A stretch of DNA of 64,000 bases from Candidatus Gorgyraea atricola (GCA_030765235.1 JAVCCW010000001.1:35172-99171), one strand, 5' to 3'; counted from the stretch's first letter, positions 27,267 through 37,293 are shown. The notes: a model not told the origin generated them from the letters alone. Numbers and translations: made by a program.

Positions 27267-29090
27267 TTATTCTACTGTAACGCTCTTAGCGAGATTCCTT
27301 GGTTGGTCTACGTCGCAACCTCTTTTAACCGCAATATAATATGCCAAGAGCTGTAATGGCAGGACTGTAACTATGGGTGAAAATAGCTCATCTGTCTTAG
27401 GCACGTATATAACCTCTTTTGTTAATCGCTTTATCTCACTATCCCCCTCAGTGGCCACTATGATTACCTTGCCTTTTCTTGCGCAGATCTCCTGTATATT
27501 AGAAACCATTTTCTCATATATAGACGAATCAGGCGCAATACAGACTACAGCTCTATATTCATCTATCAATGCAATCGGCCCATGCTTCATCTCTCCTGCT
27601 GCATAGCCCTCTGCTGGGATATAGGAAATCTCTTTAAGTTTCAATGCGCCTTCGAGCGCAGTTGGAAAATTCAAATTCCTTCCAAGATACAAGAACGAGC
27701 CATAATGCAGGTGTTTTCCTGCAAGCTTCTTGATATAGTTTTTGTTTTCGAGAACCTTTTCTAATATCCTTGGTAGCGCCTTAAATTCCTTTATTAAAAA
27801 TCTCTTAACCCTTTTTCTCAGTAAGGCCCTTTTCTCAGCAAGATAAAACGAAAGTAGATAAAGTATTGCAAGCTGCGCTGTGTATGCCTTTGTAGATGCA
27901 ACACCTATCTCTGGCCCAGCATAAGTATAAAGGACCCCGTCTGATACTCTAGTAAGGCTTGAACCTACGACATTGCAAATAGATAAAATCTTCGCACCCT
28001 TCTTTTTTGCCTCTTTTATAGCAGCCAGAGTATCTGCTGTCTCACCTGACTGACTTATGGCTATAACGAGTGTATTTTTATCTACGATAAACCGTCTATA
28101 CCTAAACTCAGAAGATAGATCGACTGTTACTGGAATCCTGGTGAATCTTTCTATGAGGTATTTTCCAACCATGCCTGCATGATATGCAGTGCCGCAGGCA
28201 AGGATTATAATATTTGATATCTTTTTTATCTGCATATCAGAAAGATTGATTCCATCAAGCACTATTTCACTCGCACCCTTTATTCGCGAAGATATTATCT
28301 GCTTTAAGACCTTGGGCTGCTCATGTATCTCCTTCAGCATGAAATGCGAAAAGCCTGATTTCTGTGCGCTTGAGACGCTCCATTTAATCGTATCGATCTG
28401 CTTTTTCTTCTTTTTGCCGCTTGCGTCTAAGATCTTTACTTTATTCTGCGATAGACTTACTATTTCACCATCGTCAATATATATGACCCTTTTTGTATGC
28501 CGTAATATTGCCGGCACATCTGAGGCAATAAAATTCTCTCCCCTGCCTACACCGACGATAAGAGGGCTTTCCCTCCTTGCTCCAATTAACTTATCCGGCT
28601 CATTGCTGCAGACGACTCCCAGAGCAAAAGAACCCTTTAAATATTTCACTGCCTTTAATACTGCCTTTTCTAAATCCCCTCTATAGTATTCCTCTATTAA
28701 GTGCGCTATCACTTCGCTATCTGTCTCTGACTTAAATCTGTGACCTTCTCTAATAAGAGTCTCTTTTAACTCGTGAAAATTCTCTATTATGCCGTTGTGA
28801 ACCACTGCAATATCTCCAGTACAGTCTGTATGAGGGTGCGCATTTACATTTGTTGGCGCGCCATGCGTAGCCCAGCGCGTATGTCCTATACCTATTCTGC
28901 TGTGCCCCAATTTCTTGATAATCTGCACAAGGTCTTTCATCTTGCCAGACCGCTTGGCGATCTTTACAGTCCCTTGCCCCACTATACACACGCCTGCAGA
29001 ATCATACCCACGGTACTCAAGCTGCTTCAACCCCTCTATAAGAATCGGCAACGCATCCTTCTTACCTATATACCCAACTATCCCGCACAT
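27267..29090 (-). CDS. glmS: glutamine--fructose-6-phosphate aminotransferase (isomerizing)
   Basis: MCGIVGY Ntn-amidotransferase start followed by two SIS domains. Confidence 0.9.
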   Translation of the reverse strand: MCGIVGYIGKKDALPILIEGLKQLEYRGYDSAGVCIVGQGTVKIAKRSGKMKDLVQIIKKLGHSRIGIGHTRWATHGAPTNVNAHPHTDCTGDIAVVHNGIIENFHELKETLIREGHRFKSETDSEVIAHLIEEYYRGDLEKAVLKAVKYLKGSFALGVVCSNEPDKLIGARRESPLIVGVGRGENFIASDVPAILRHTKRVIYIDDGEIVSLSQNKVKILDASGKKKKKQIDTIKWSVSSAQKSGFSHFMLKEIHEQPKVLKQIISSRIKGASEIVLDGINLSDMQIKKISNIIILACGTAYHAGMVGKYLIERFTRIPVTVDLSSEFRYRRFIVDKNTLVIAISQSGETADTLAAIKEAKKKGAKILSICNVVGSSLTRVSDGVLYTYAGPEIGVASTKAYTAQLAILYLLSFYLAEKRALLRKRVKRFLIKEFKALPRILEKVLENKNYIKKLAGKHLHYGSFLYLGRNLNFPTALEGALKLKEISYIPAEGYAAGEMKHGPIALIDEYRAVVCIAPDSSIYEKMVSNIQEICARKGKVIIVATEGDSEIKRLTKEVIYVPKTDELFSPIVTVLPLQLLAYYIAVKRGCDVDQPRNLAKSVTVE

Positions 29091-29722
29091 ATGTCCTCCG
29101 GTATCCCGATATCAACCACTATAACTTCACCCGTATGCTCTGGACCTTTATTGATATAAAATCCCTTTTTAGGAAATTGCATTGTTACTGTCTTAGTTGC
29201 CCTTATTGCCTCACCTAAAACTTCGCCAGTATCTGCGTTCAGGCCTGACGGAACGTCTATTGAAAGAATCGGTATATTTCTTTTATTCAAATCTGCGATG
29301 ATCGATCTAGCTGGCTCCCTAACTTCACCCTTCAAACCTATCCCAAATATAGCATCTATAAGTAACTGAGGTCGGACCTCGAACACTTGATGTTCGAGGT
29401 CCGACCTCGGCACTATCTCTTCTACAGCAACACCGATCTTCATCAACTTATCCAAATTTATCTTTGGATCATTCTTTATGCTGGATATTTTACCTATTAT
29501 ATATACCTGAACCTCTGCTCCCTTATTGGCCAAATGCCTCGCAGCTACAAGCCCGTCCCCTCCATTATTGCCTGTGCCACAGAATATTGCAACCCTTTTT
29601 GCAGAAACCTCCTCTGCCACCTTGCGGCCTGCATTTTCCATGAGCACAATTGAGGCAATACCAATCTCCTCTATTGTCTTGCGGTCCATTTCCTGCATCT
29701 CTTTCACGCTGACTCTCCGCAT
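29078..29722 (-). CDS. nnr: NAD(P)H-hydrate epimerase (YjeF N-terminal domain)
   Basis: LMENAGRKVAEEV...FCGTGNNGGDGLVAARHL. The track ORF extends to a GTG at 29791, but the start at M24 (29722) is more plausible. Confidence 0.7.
   Translation of the reverse strand: MRRVSVKEMQEMDRKTIEEIGIASIVLMENAGRKVAEEVSAKRVAIFCGTGNNGGDGLVAARHLANKGAEVQVYIIGKISSIKNDPKINLDKLMKIGVAVEEIVPRSDLEHQVFEVRPQLLIDAIFGIGLKGEVREPARSIIADLNKRNIPILSIDVPSGLNADTGEVLGEAIRATKTVTMQFPKKGFYINKGPEHTGEVIVVDIGIPEDICAG
29368..29408. repeat. 18-bp-arm palindrome with a 5-nt spacer inside the nnr coding frame
   Basis: gaggtcggacctcgaaca-cttga-tgttcgaggtccgacctc. Confidence 0.85.
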
Positions 29723-29800
29723 AGGCCCATGTATTATAACACCCCTCACTTTATAGGGCAAGGTTGAACCTTTAATGGGGATATGATACACTTATAGACA

Positions 29801-32026
29801 ATGAACCTTAAAAGAAAGCTCTATCTAAGCGCATTTGTGCTGGGCCTGACCTCGATGGTAGGCCAGATCATTATTATAAGGGAGCTTATTGTAGTATCCT
29901 ATGGGAATGAGCTTTCGCTTGGCATCATACTTGCGAGCTGGCTATTCTGGGTATCTATCGGGAGTCTGGTATTTGGACGGCTCGTTGATAAAATCAAATT
30001 TAAAGAAACGCTGCTCTCTATCATTCAGCTGGCAACATCTATCGCCTTACCACTACATATATTCCTCATAAGAAATATAAAATCCCTGCTACACATATCT
30101 CCGGGAGAGGTAATGGGATTTTCTTCTATATTTATCTCTTCTTTTCTATCTCTTAGCGCAATATGTGTACTCTTGGGATTTACATTTACGCTAATATCAA
30201 AACTCGCTGCTACGAATTCTAAAGTTCCGTCTAAAGAAATAGGAAAGATCTATCTCTTAGAAGGTCTCGGCGCATCTATCGGAGGCATAGTATATAGTTT
30301 TTTCCTGATAACAACTCTCTCGCCGCTACAGAATATATTAATAGTCAGTTCTTGTAATCTAGTCGCCTCCATCTTTTTCAACAGAAATATCCTGCAGCTT
30401 GCATATCTGATCATACTCTCTGTGGCATTTGTACTTAACTGGCCATCACATTTGGATAGATTTGCCAGATCCATGCAGTTCAGGCCCTTTAAAATGGTTG
30501 AGAGCGTTGATTCTATATATGGAAATATCAGCGTCACTAAAACAGGTAAAGAGTATAGTTTCTTTGAGAATGGGCTTTTGATGTTTACCAGCGGTGATAC
30601 GCTTACGAGCGAAGAAGCTGTGCATTATGCAATGCTCGAGCATCCGTCTCCGAAAAACATACTCCTTATAGGAGGAGGTATAGGCGGACCTTTACAGCAA
30701 ATCCTCAAACACCGCGTGGATAATGTAGACTATGTAGAATTGGATCCCCTGATTATTGAGGTGGCTGAAAAATATCTCGCACCTGTAAAGGATAAGCGCG
30801 TCAACATACATCATATCGACGGCAGGCTGTTTGTGAAGCAACAACTGAGGGACAAGGGACAAGGGACAAGGGACAAGGGTTATGACATAGTAATAATAAA
30901 CCTCCCGGATCCATATACAGCTATGTTAAATAGGTTCTACTCTGTCGAGTTCTTCGGGGAGGTAAAAGAAATCCTCTCAGACGGCGGGCTTCTCTCATTC
31001 TCCCTGACTTCCTCTGAAAATTACATAAACCGCGAGAATGCAAGATATCTTGGCTGTATCTATAATACCCTCCAAAAAGAATTTAAAGACACAAAGGTCT
31101 TTCCAGGAGATAGCGTTGTGTTTCTCGCGTCAAACAAAACAGGTTCTCTTACGTACGACGCTAATATCCTTCTCCAAAGATTAAAAGAAAGACGGATAAA
31201 AACTCAATTTGTAAGAGAATATTACCTGCCTTTTAAACTCGCGCCCCTTAGGATCAAATATGTTGAAAATACTCTGCAGGAATTTGGCAGTAAAAAGATA
31301 AATCAGGACCTCAGGCCAATAGGATACTTCTACCACATACTATTATGGATGACGCTTTTTTCTGCAGGAAGGAGCATGCTACCGCATATTGGACTGATCA
31401 ACATCTATCTCTTTAGCGGGATAGCTTTCGCGCTCTTTCTCATTGCTCTCTTAATACAAAAACTAAAAAGGTCTTCTTTCAAAGTGCCAGTGGTATTATC
31501 CGTCGGCACTACTGGCATGAGTGAAATAGCCTTTCAGATAATCGTGATATTGGCATTTCAATCTCTATACGGCTATGTGTACTATAAGATAGGTGTAATT
31601 CTCACTTCATTTATGATAGGTCTAGTCTTGGGTAGCTTTTATATCAACAAATATCTTGGCCGCATTAAAAATGAAAGGACATTATATCTAAAGATCCAGG
31701 CGCTTATATGCGTCTACCCTTTGATCCTTCCTTTGATATTTACAAAACCTATTCCTGAGATAAGCTTCGCGATGCTGCCAATAGTAGCTGGATTTTTAGG
31801 CGGGGTGCAATTTCCGTTGGCAAACAAGATCTGCCTGAAGAGCGCCAAAGATGTGGGAAAAACTACAGGCGGTCTTTATGGGATCGATCTCTTGGGTGCT
31901 TGTATTGGTGGATTACTGGTAGGTTTATTACTGGTCCCGATACTAGGCATCATCCAGACCTGCATATTTCTATTTATTATCAATACACTTGTCTTAATAC
32001 TGCTTTGTAATTCCCGCCCGTCTTGA
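29801..32026 (+). CDS. polytopic membrane protein with a spermidine-synthase-like (aminopropyltransferase fold) domain
   Basis: About 8 N-terminal TM segments. A SAM-MTase/spermidine synthase core (LLIGGGIGG...VDYVELDPLIIEVAEKYL...DIVIINLPDPYT) is present, followed by more TM helices. It is the only plus-strand gene. Confidence 0.75.
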   Translation: MNLKRKLYLSAFVLGLTSMVGQIIIIRELIVVSYGNELSLGIILASWLFWVSIGSLVFGRLVDKIKFKETLLSIIQLATSIALPLHIFLIRNIKSLLHISPGEVMGFSSIFISSFLSLSAICVLLGFTFTLISKLAATNSKVPSKEIGKIYLLEGLGASIGGIVYSFFLITTLSPLQNILIVSSCNLVASIFFNRNILQLAYLIILSVAFVLNWPSHLDRFARSMQFRPFKMVESVDSIYGNISVTKTGKEYSFFENGLLMFTSGDTLTSEEAVHYAMLEHPSPKNILLIGGGIGGPLQQILKHRVDNVDYVELDPLIIEVAEKYLAPVKDKRVNIHHIDGRLFVKQQLRDKGQGTRDKGYDIVIINLPDPYTAMLNRFYSVEFFGEVKEILSDGGLLSFSLTSSENYINRENARYLGCIYNTLQKEFKDTKVFPGDSVVFLASNKTGSLTYDANILLQRLKERRIKTQFVREYYLPFKLAPLRIKYVENTLQEFGSKKINQDLRPIGYFYHILLWMTLFSAGRSMLPHIGLINIYLFSGIAFALFLIALLIQKLKRSSFKVPVVLSVGTTGMSEIAFQIIVILAFQSLYGYVYYKIGVILTSFMIGLVLGSFYINKYLGRIKNERTLYLKIQALICVYPLILPLIFTKPIPEISFAMLPIVAGFLGGVQFPLANKICLKSAKDVGKTTGGLYGIDLLGACIGGLLVGLLLVPILGIIQTCIFLFIINTLVLILLCNSRPS
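30849..30879. repeat. heptanucleotide tandem repeat (GACAAGG)x4 in frame in the spermidine-synthase-like gene
   Basis: gggacaagggacaagggacaagggacaaggg, encoding RDKGQGTRDKG. This is the same unit and the same encoded peptide as in pyrK. Confidence 0.9.
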
Positions 32027-32120
32027 TTTTTCAAAAAAATATGCTATACTTTAATTAGTGAATAAACCATGGTGAAAGGAGGCGCGGAGTTAGCGCAAGC
32101 ACAAAGGTTTATAGCCTATA

Positions 32121-32153
32121 AAAAAGACCCTTATTGAAGGGTCTTTTTTATTT
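32121..32153. terminator. bidirectional intrinsic terminator between convergent genes
   Basis: aaaaaag-ACCCTTattgAAGGGTct-tttttatttc has a 9-bp stem flanked by an A-run and a T-run. Confidence 0.7.
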
Positions 32154-33605
32154 CACATCCTCTTCGCCAAAGACCTCCGCTGAATAGATATAGATCTCTG
32201 TAGAGCTATCCTTCCACGCGGTTACGCTCAGGCCTGCTTTTTGGCAGGTGTGCTGAAGAAAAGTGTCTCTATCCCAACCATATTCTGTTGCGACCTGTGG
32301 TAATAAAATTCCTGAATAAAATCCTTGCTTCATATACAGGCCATGCTTACCGACCTCTATCTCGTTTACATCATCTATTCGTTTTAGAGGTGTAAGCGCT
32401 GATATCTCTATTTCCATATCTTTCAGCTCATCCTCATTCATCGGACTAAACCTTGGATCTTTTATTGCAGCTGAGCGCGCAACATCTTTGACAGTCTCAT
32501 GGAGAGGCTTTACTGCGATTATATAGCCTATACAGCCACGAAGCTGGCCGTGTTTTTTTATTGTCACAAACGCCCCGCAGTTTTCTTTGAGCCGCTCTTC
32601 TGTAACTTCAGGATAAAATCCTTTTTTCCCAGTTACAGACTCTATGATAGATGCCTTAGCGATCTCCATGAGTTTTCTCTTTTCTTCTTTATTTAAATAT
32701 TCATCCTTCATGAGCATCTCCCCCCTTTCAGGGACGTATATAACAATGCTTGAATAACCCACTACCCTTGATTTATCTCCTGTAACATCTCCGGAATTTG
32801 CGTATTTCAAAATCTTTGCCTTTGCATTATGTCTATTCGCAAGCATTATGGTAGCGAGCACTGCAATAGGCGCGTCTATCTCAGTGTCGCCATTCTTTAG
32901 CTGCTCCAATAACCCTTCTGCATCTAATTTTTCAATAGCAGAGATGCCACTTTTATCAAGCTGTACTGCCTTTTCATAAGCATAATAATGAGACAGATCC
33001 ACACTTATCACTAAAAGCGTATCGCGATCCATCGTGTCATAAAGCGCGTCACTTAAAATGCGCGCGTCACTAAATAGAGGCGTGCCCATGGTAATAGGCA
33101 CTATCGTAAAGTCCTTGTATATCCTCTGTAGAAATGGAAGCTCTACTTCAATGGCATGCTCTTTCTGGTGCGCCTCAGGATAGAATTTAAATCTATCGCT
33201 CTTTTTCATGATCTTTCCAGCAAGCTCTTCGTCTATCTTGATGCGACCAAGAGGAGTCTCGAAAAAACCTTTGTTATAAATAGAAATGCCCTCAAACCCT
33301 ACATAATGACTGGGTGAGATGATTATTATTTTCTTAAAATCTGTACCTTGCAGCTGCTTAAATCCATGCGCAGCGACCTGACCAGAATATCTATAGCCTG
33401 CGTGCGGCACAATGACTGCCAGAAACCTTGCATCAAGATCTACCTTTTTAACATTATCCAAAAACCCATCCACTGCCTCTAACAGCTCACTTTTATCCCC
33501 AGGATAAAACGCGCCTGCAACAGCTGCTTTTCGCACCTCTTCAGAAGAAGAGTTGCTGCATGAAAATAAAAATACAAGAAGAATTAGAATCGCTATTTTT
33601 CTCAT
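32148..33605 (-). CDS. AmmeMemoRadiSam system fusion protein: Memo-like (protein B) N-terminal part plus AMMECR1 (protein A) C-terminal part, with an N-terminal signal/lipoprotein-like peptide
   Basis: GAFYPGD...AVIVPHAGYRYSG is the Memo signature. GAFVTIKKHGQLRGCIGYI is the AMMECR1 signature. The N-terminus MRKIAILILLVFLFSCSNSS is signal-peptide-like. Confidence 0.8.
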   Translation of the reverse strand: MRKIAILILLVFLFSCSNSSSEEVRKAAVAGAFYPGDKSELLEAVDGFLDNVKKVDLDARFLAVIVPHAGYRYSGQVAAHGFKQLQGTDFKKIIIISPSHYVGFEGISIYNKGFFETPLGRIKIDEELAGKIMKKSDRFKFYPEAHQKEHAIEVELPFLQRIYKDFTIVPITMGTPLFSDARILSDALYDTMDRDTLLVISVDLSHYYAYEKAVQLDKSGISAIEKLDAEGLLEQLKNGDTEIDAPIAVLATIMLANRHNAKAKILKYANSGDVTGDKSRVVGYSSIVIYVPERGEMLMKDEYLNKEEKRKLMEIAKASIIESVTGKKGFYPEVTEERLKENCGAFVTIKKHGQLRGCIGYIIAVKPLHETVKDVARSAAIKDPRFSPMNEDELKDMEIEISALTPLKRIDDVNEIEVGKHGLYMKQGFYSGILLPQVATEYGWDRDTFLQHTCQKAGLSVTAWKDSSTEIYIYSAEVFGEEDVK

Positions 33606-33607
33606 GA

Positions 33608-33748
33608 TTAACCTGCCAAATTCTTATAATACCGCGCCTCTTTATGTTTACGAGGAATGATCTTCAATAAAGGCGCGATCAAAACTCCCAAAATCCCCAA
33701 AACCCCTGTCTTCAAAAACTCCTTCCGAGTAATCTTTTTCCCAAACAT
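33608..33748 (-). CDS. small predicted membrane protein (46 aa). It is not in the ORF track.
   Basis: MFGKKITRKEFLKTGVLGILGVLIAPLLKIIPRKHKEARYYKNLAG. RBS AAGGAGG lies 5 nt upstream of the ATG. The stop lies 3 nt before the downstream gene start, suggesting translational coupling. Confidence 0.4.
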   Translation of the reverse strand: MFGKKITRKEFLKTGVLGILGVLIAPLLKIIPRKHKEARYYKNLAG

Positions 33749-33778
33749 CTTCCCCTCCTTTACCTCTTCCACCTACCA

Positions 33779-33804
33779 GTAGGCCAGGTTTAAACCTGGC
33801 CTAC
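33779..33804. other. 26-bp perfect palindrome between the radical SAM gene and the small ORF
   Basis: gtaggccaggttt|aaacctggcctac. Confidence 0.5.
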
Positions 33805-33830
33805 ATGGGAGGAAATAAGCCTACATTAAG

Positions 33831-34808
33831 TTATTTCCATCTACCAGGTATTTGGTGGCTGCAAAATTTGCATTTGCCTTGTTCTGTAACATTATACTCT
33901 AAGATCATATAGCCGCGCCTGCCGATTACTGTATTTTTGCACATAGGGCAATACGTATTATTGCCGTCGTGGCCTGGCACATTACCTACGTAGACATAGT
34001 GGATACCTTTTGACATTGCAATGTCTCTTGCCAGCGTCAAAACCTCTTCTGGCGTGGGCGGAAGATTCTTGAGCTGATACATTGGCCAGAACCTGGAAAA
34101 ATGTAACGGCACCTCTGGCCCCACATTATCTACTATCCACTCGCAAAGCTTGGAAAAATCCTCTCTCGTATCATTATAAGTCGGCACTATAAGATTCGTA
34201 AGCTCTACCCATACGCCAGAACGTTTCATTGTAACTATTGTATCCAACACTGGCTGAAGCGTACCATTACACACTGTGTTATAGAATTTCTCTGTCATGC
34301 CTTTTAGATCAATGTTCGCAGCATCCACAAATGTAGTGGCCTCTTTTAATGGCTCTGGATTTATATAACCTGCTGTGACCCAAACATTCAAGAGTCCGTT
34401 TTTATGAGCGAGCCTAGCGCTATCAGCGGCATATTCAAAGAATGTAATCGGCTCAGAGTATGTATACGCTATTGTACTGCACTTTGCGGCAATAGCCTGC
34501 GCCACCATTTCTTCTGGAGGAAGGTCCATATTCCGGGTATTCTCAGGCTCTCTCTGCGATATCTCCCAGTTCTGACAGTACATGCAATGCAGATTGCATC
34601 CTGCTGTTGCTATAGAAAATGACTTTGTGCTGGGCAAATAATGAAAAAGCGGCTTTTTCTCAATCGGATCCACATGCACTGCGCATGGCTTACCATAGAC
34701 AAGCGTCTGTAGCTTTCCGTCTATATTCATACGAGAACGGCAGTCACCCCTGGCGCCATTACCTAAGATACATCTTCTAGGACATAATAAACACTGGACA
34801 TTACTCAT
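33831..34808 (-). CDS. AmmeMemoRadiSam system radical SAM enzyme
   Basis: The CNLHCMYCQNWEIS CxxxCxxC radical SAM motif is present. It lies in the same operon as the Memo/AMMECR1 fusion. Confidence 0.8.
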   Translation of the reverse strand: MSNVQCLLCPRRCILGNGARGDCRSRMNIDGKLQTLVYGKPCAVHVDPIEKKPLFHYLPSTKSFSIATAGCNLHCMYCQNWEISQREPENTRNMDLPPEEMVAQAIAAKCSTIAYTYSEPITFFEYAADSARLAHKNGLLNVWVTAGYINPEPLKEATTFVDAANIDLKGMTEKFYNTVCNGTLQPVLDTIVTMKRSGVWVELTNLIVPTYNDTREDFSKLCEWIVDNVGPEVPLHFSRFWPMYQLKNLPPTPEEVLTLARDIAMSKGIHYVYVGNVPGHDGNNTYCPMCKNTVIGRRGYMILEYNVTEQGKCKFCSHQIPGRWK

Positions 34809-34936
34809 CTATCACACTGTAATAACTTGCTTCTCTGGTTTCTAGATTAGATTTGGCTGGTTCTGTCGTCTTGCTCATTTTCCCCAGACTATAAATAGTG
34901 ATTATTACTATAATAATCGCCAGCGCTATAAAAAAT

Positions 34937-35647
34937 CTACGCATTTTTCTTTCTCCTCATATAAAGAGCGACCGCTATTATAAAAACTACGCCACTTATA
35001 ACCTGCGCTATCTTGATATCAGTTCCCCAAATATAAAGGCTATCCGCTCGTAGACTCGAGACTACTATCCTTATAGAATTATATATCATCAGATACAATA
35101 AAAAAAGCCCGCCAGAAAATATTATCTTCTTTCTCGCTATCCACAGGCCAAAAAATCCAATCAAATTCAAAACCATTTCATAAGCTTGAGTTGAATGAAC
35201 CCTTGAAGCATCTATTGGAATGCCATAACAACATCCATTTAAAAGACAGCCGATCCTGCCAATTGCCTGGCCCAGAAGAAGTGACGGCGCTACTAAATCA
35301 GCCAATCCCCAAAAAGAAATCCCACGGCGCTTCGCAAATAAAATACACGCGATTATTCCACCCAATATCCCACCATGTATGGCAAGCCCTCCCTGCCATA
35401 TCCTGAATATAGACAGTGGCTCTTCTATAAAAACTCGCGGGCTAAAAAATAAAAGATAATAAAGACGAGCGCCTATTAATGCGCCGATGATGAGATAAAA
35501 AGAAAGATCGTAAATTAAATCTTTCTTGAAATTTTTTCTAACTGCCTCGATCCTGGCAAGATAAATACCAAAAACAAAAGCTATGGCAATCATCATGCCA
35601 TAGCTATAAATTGTTATTGGGCCAAATTTGGCTATTATGGGGTGCAT
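34937..35647 (-). CDS. lgt: prolipoprotein diacylglyceryl transferase
   Basis: Lgt-like N-terminus (PITIYSYGMMIAIAF). The Lgt signature region around GQAIGRIGCLLNGCCYG is present. Confidence 0.85.
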   Translation of the reverse strand: MHPIIAKFGPITIYSYGMMIAIAFVFGIYLARIEAVRKNFKKDLIYDLSFYLIIGALIGARLYYLLFFSPRVFIEEPLSIFRIWQGGLAIHGGILGGIIACILFAKRRGISFWGLADLVAPSLLLGQAIGRIGCLLNGCCYGIPIDASRVHSTQAYEMVLNLIGFFGLWIARKKIIFSGGLFLLYLMIYNSIRIVVSSLRADSLYIWGTDIKIAQVISGVVFIIAVALYMRRKKNA

Positions 35648-35651
35648 CTTG

Positions 35652-36389
35652 TCATTTTATCTGTAGATCCAGCTTACCTGTTCTCTGCTTTGCAAGATCC
35701 CAGCTATACTCGTAAAGATGAAGGCCTTTGCTTGAGGCTATCATCTCGCCATTCTCAACGCCTATCTCTTCTGCCATGTATTGTTTTACCAGCTCTAGCC
35801 CGCCAAGATTCGATGGAAACCCTCCCCACAGATCCCAAGACCTGAAATACGGAAAGAAATGTAATTTCCCATACCGGATCCTAGTATCTATAAGTCTCAA
35901 GCACGGCGGATCATTGAGTTTTATATCAGATGGCATGCCTATTTCCATTACTGCCTGATTCGTGCCATGGCCCTGCGTCTTATACATCTTTATCACTTCT
36001 TCAACCTGATTTACCTCAAGCGGCATCTCTTTAACTATTTCTTTTTCCTTGAATCTGACCTTCGCGTCTACTAATCTTTCCCCATAAGTATAATCTTCTG
36101 TCTCTGTTTTCTGGCCAGTCAATAAATAAGACAGGTACCCATTTATATATTCCATACTGGTCGGCGCTGGTATGCTAGCGCCCTCTGGCATTATAGGAAT
36201 GATCTGATGAGAAGGATTTTTTATGCGGATAGTAACAAAATCAAACTCAAGCCTCTTCTGCCCCTCGTAGCTTCCCCTTGTTATCTTATACACATGGCCA
36301 TTGTCCAAGATCTCAGACAAACACCTGAACCACGCGTCATCCAGATCAAAGGCTTCAATATGAACAGGATTAAGCTCATTTTTGGACAT
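35652..36389 (-). CDS. thymidylate synthase-like protein (ThyA/dCMP-hydroxymethylase superfamily, short form)
   Basis: PPCLRLIDTRIRYGKLHFFPYFRSWDLWGGFPSNL aligns with the ThyA PCH...FQFY...YQRS.D...G.PFN core. The catalytic His is replaced by Leu. Confidence 0.5.
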   Translation of the reverse strand: MSKNELNPVHIEAFDLDDAWFRCLSEILDNGHVYKITRGSYEGQKRLEFDFVTIRIKNPSHQIIPIMPEGASIPAPTSMEYINGYLSYLLTGQKTETEDYTYGERLVDAKVRFKEKEIVKEMPLEVNQVEEVIKMYKTQGHGTNQAVMEIGMPSDIKLNDPPCLRLIDTRIRYGKLHFFPYFRSWDLWGGFPSNLGGLELVKQYMAEEIGVENGEMIASSKGLHLYEYSWDLAKQRTGKLDLQIK

Positions 36390-36886
36390 TACTTTAATCT
36401 CCAGTGCTTTTTTAATTCGTCGTTAATATTTTTGACCTTATGACCCTCTAATTCTTTTTCCTCTATTTTACTCTTTGATTTTCTCTTCTTCAACATAATT
36501 ATATTCTTTAATTCACTTATAGAAATCGCGTCACTACCATAGACCCTTGCGTGATTCCTGACAAAATTATCATCAGACGCGACACTTATCTGGTTGCTGT
36601 TAGACGCGGCCCTTAGCATATCCACAATAACGTTATCCGCATCCTTATCATAAGTCCCATACACTACCTCGATGTTCCCATATGCCTCTTGCCTCACGCC
36701 AAGCTCTTTATCCTTGCTGTCAAATACAATAGATACTTTATCAAACATGCGCTTCTTAGACATAAAATCCAAAAGTATTCTAATAAAATGCAAGCGGCTT
36801 GCCTCAAGGCTGATATCCTTCTTAGCCTCAAGCTCTTTGATCTTATTTATCGCGTTATATCCATCTATGATTAAATGCTTCGACAC
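36389..36886 (-). CDS. NYN-domain (YacP-like) predicted ribonuclease
   Basis: The LIIDGYN start is typical of the YacP/NYN family. Confidence 0.6.
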   Translation of the reverse strand: MSKHLIIDGYNAINKIKELEAKKDISLEASRLHFIRILLDFMSKKRMFDKVSIVFDSKDKELGVRQEAYGNIEVVYGTYDKDADNVIVDMLRAASNSNQISVASDDNFVRNHARVYGSDAISISELKNIIMLKKRKSKSKIEEKELEGHKVKNINDELKKHWRLK

Positions 36887-37293
36887 TCTATCCCTGCCTT
36901 TTTTAATAACGCTGTGGTCACGCCATCCCCGTCAACTACCTTTTTATCAAAACTCCCATCATAGATCTTCCCAACCCCGCACGACGGGCTTCTTGATTTA
37001 AGAATCGCTTCTTTCACATCATACTTTTTCGCGATCTCCAGTGCTACAAAAGCACCTTTAATAAACTGTTCTGTTACATCCAGGCCATTTTCATCAAAGG
37101 CCTTTGCCTTGCCCTCTAAAACATCCTTGCCTGTGCCGTCTTTGATCTCTGCCTTTGTTCGGGGGATGCTTCTCCCCCCAAGTACTTCAGGACACATAGC
37201 AATACATTCCAGATCCTTTACTCTTGGATTAAGTCTACTTTCCCCGTCATATGCACACTTCTCACCTGCCAAACATGCACTAACTAAAATCAT
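36871..37293 (-). CDS. DUF523 family protein (YbbK-like)
   Basis: ILVSACLAGEKCAYDG...SPSCG matches the DUF523 pattern. Confidence 0.55.
   Translation of the reverse strand: MILVSACLAGEKCAYDGESRLNPRVKDLECIAMCPEVLGGRSIPRTKAEIKDGTGKDVLEGKAKAFDENGLDVTEQFIKGAFVALEIAKKYDVKEAILKSRSPSCGVGKIYDGSFDKKVVDGDGVTTALLKKAGIECRSI

Noticed and set aside
28750-28989. 79-aa minus-strand ORF inside glmS
   Set aside because: It is an alternate frame of the well-supported glmS CDS, with no RBS and no motif.
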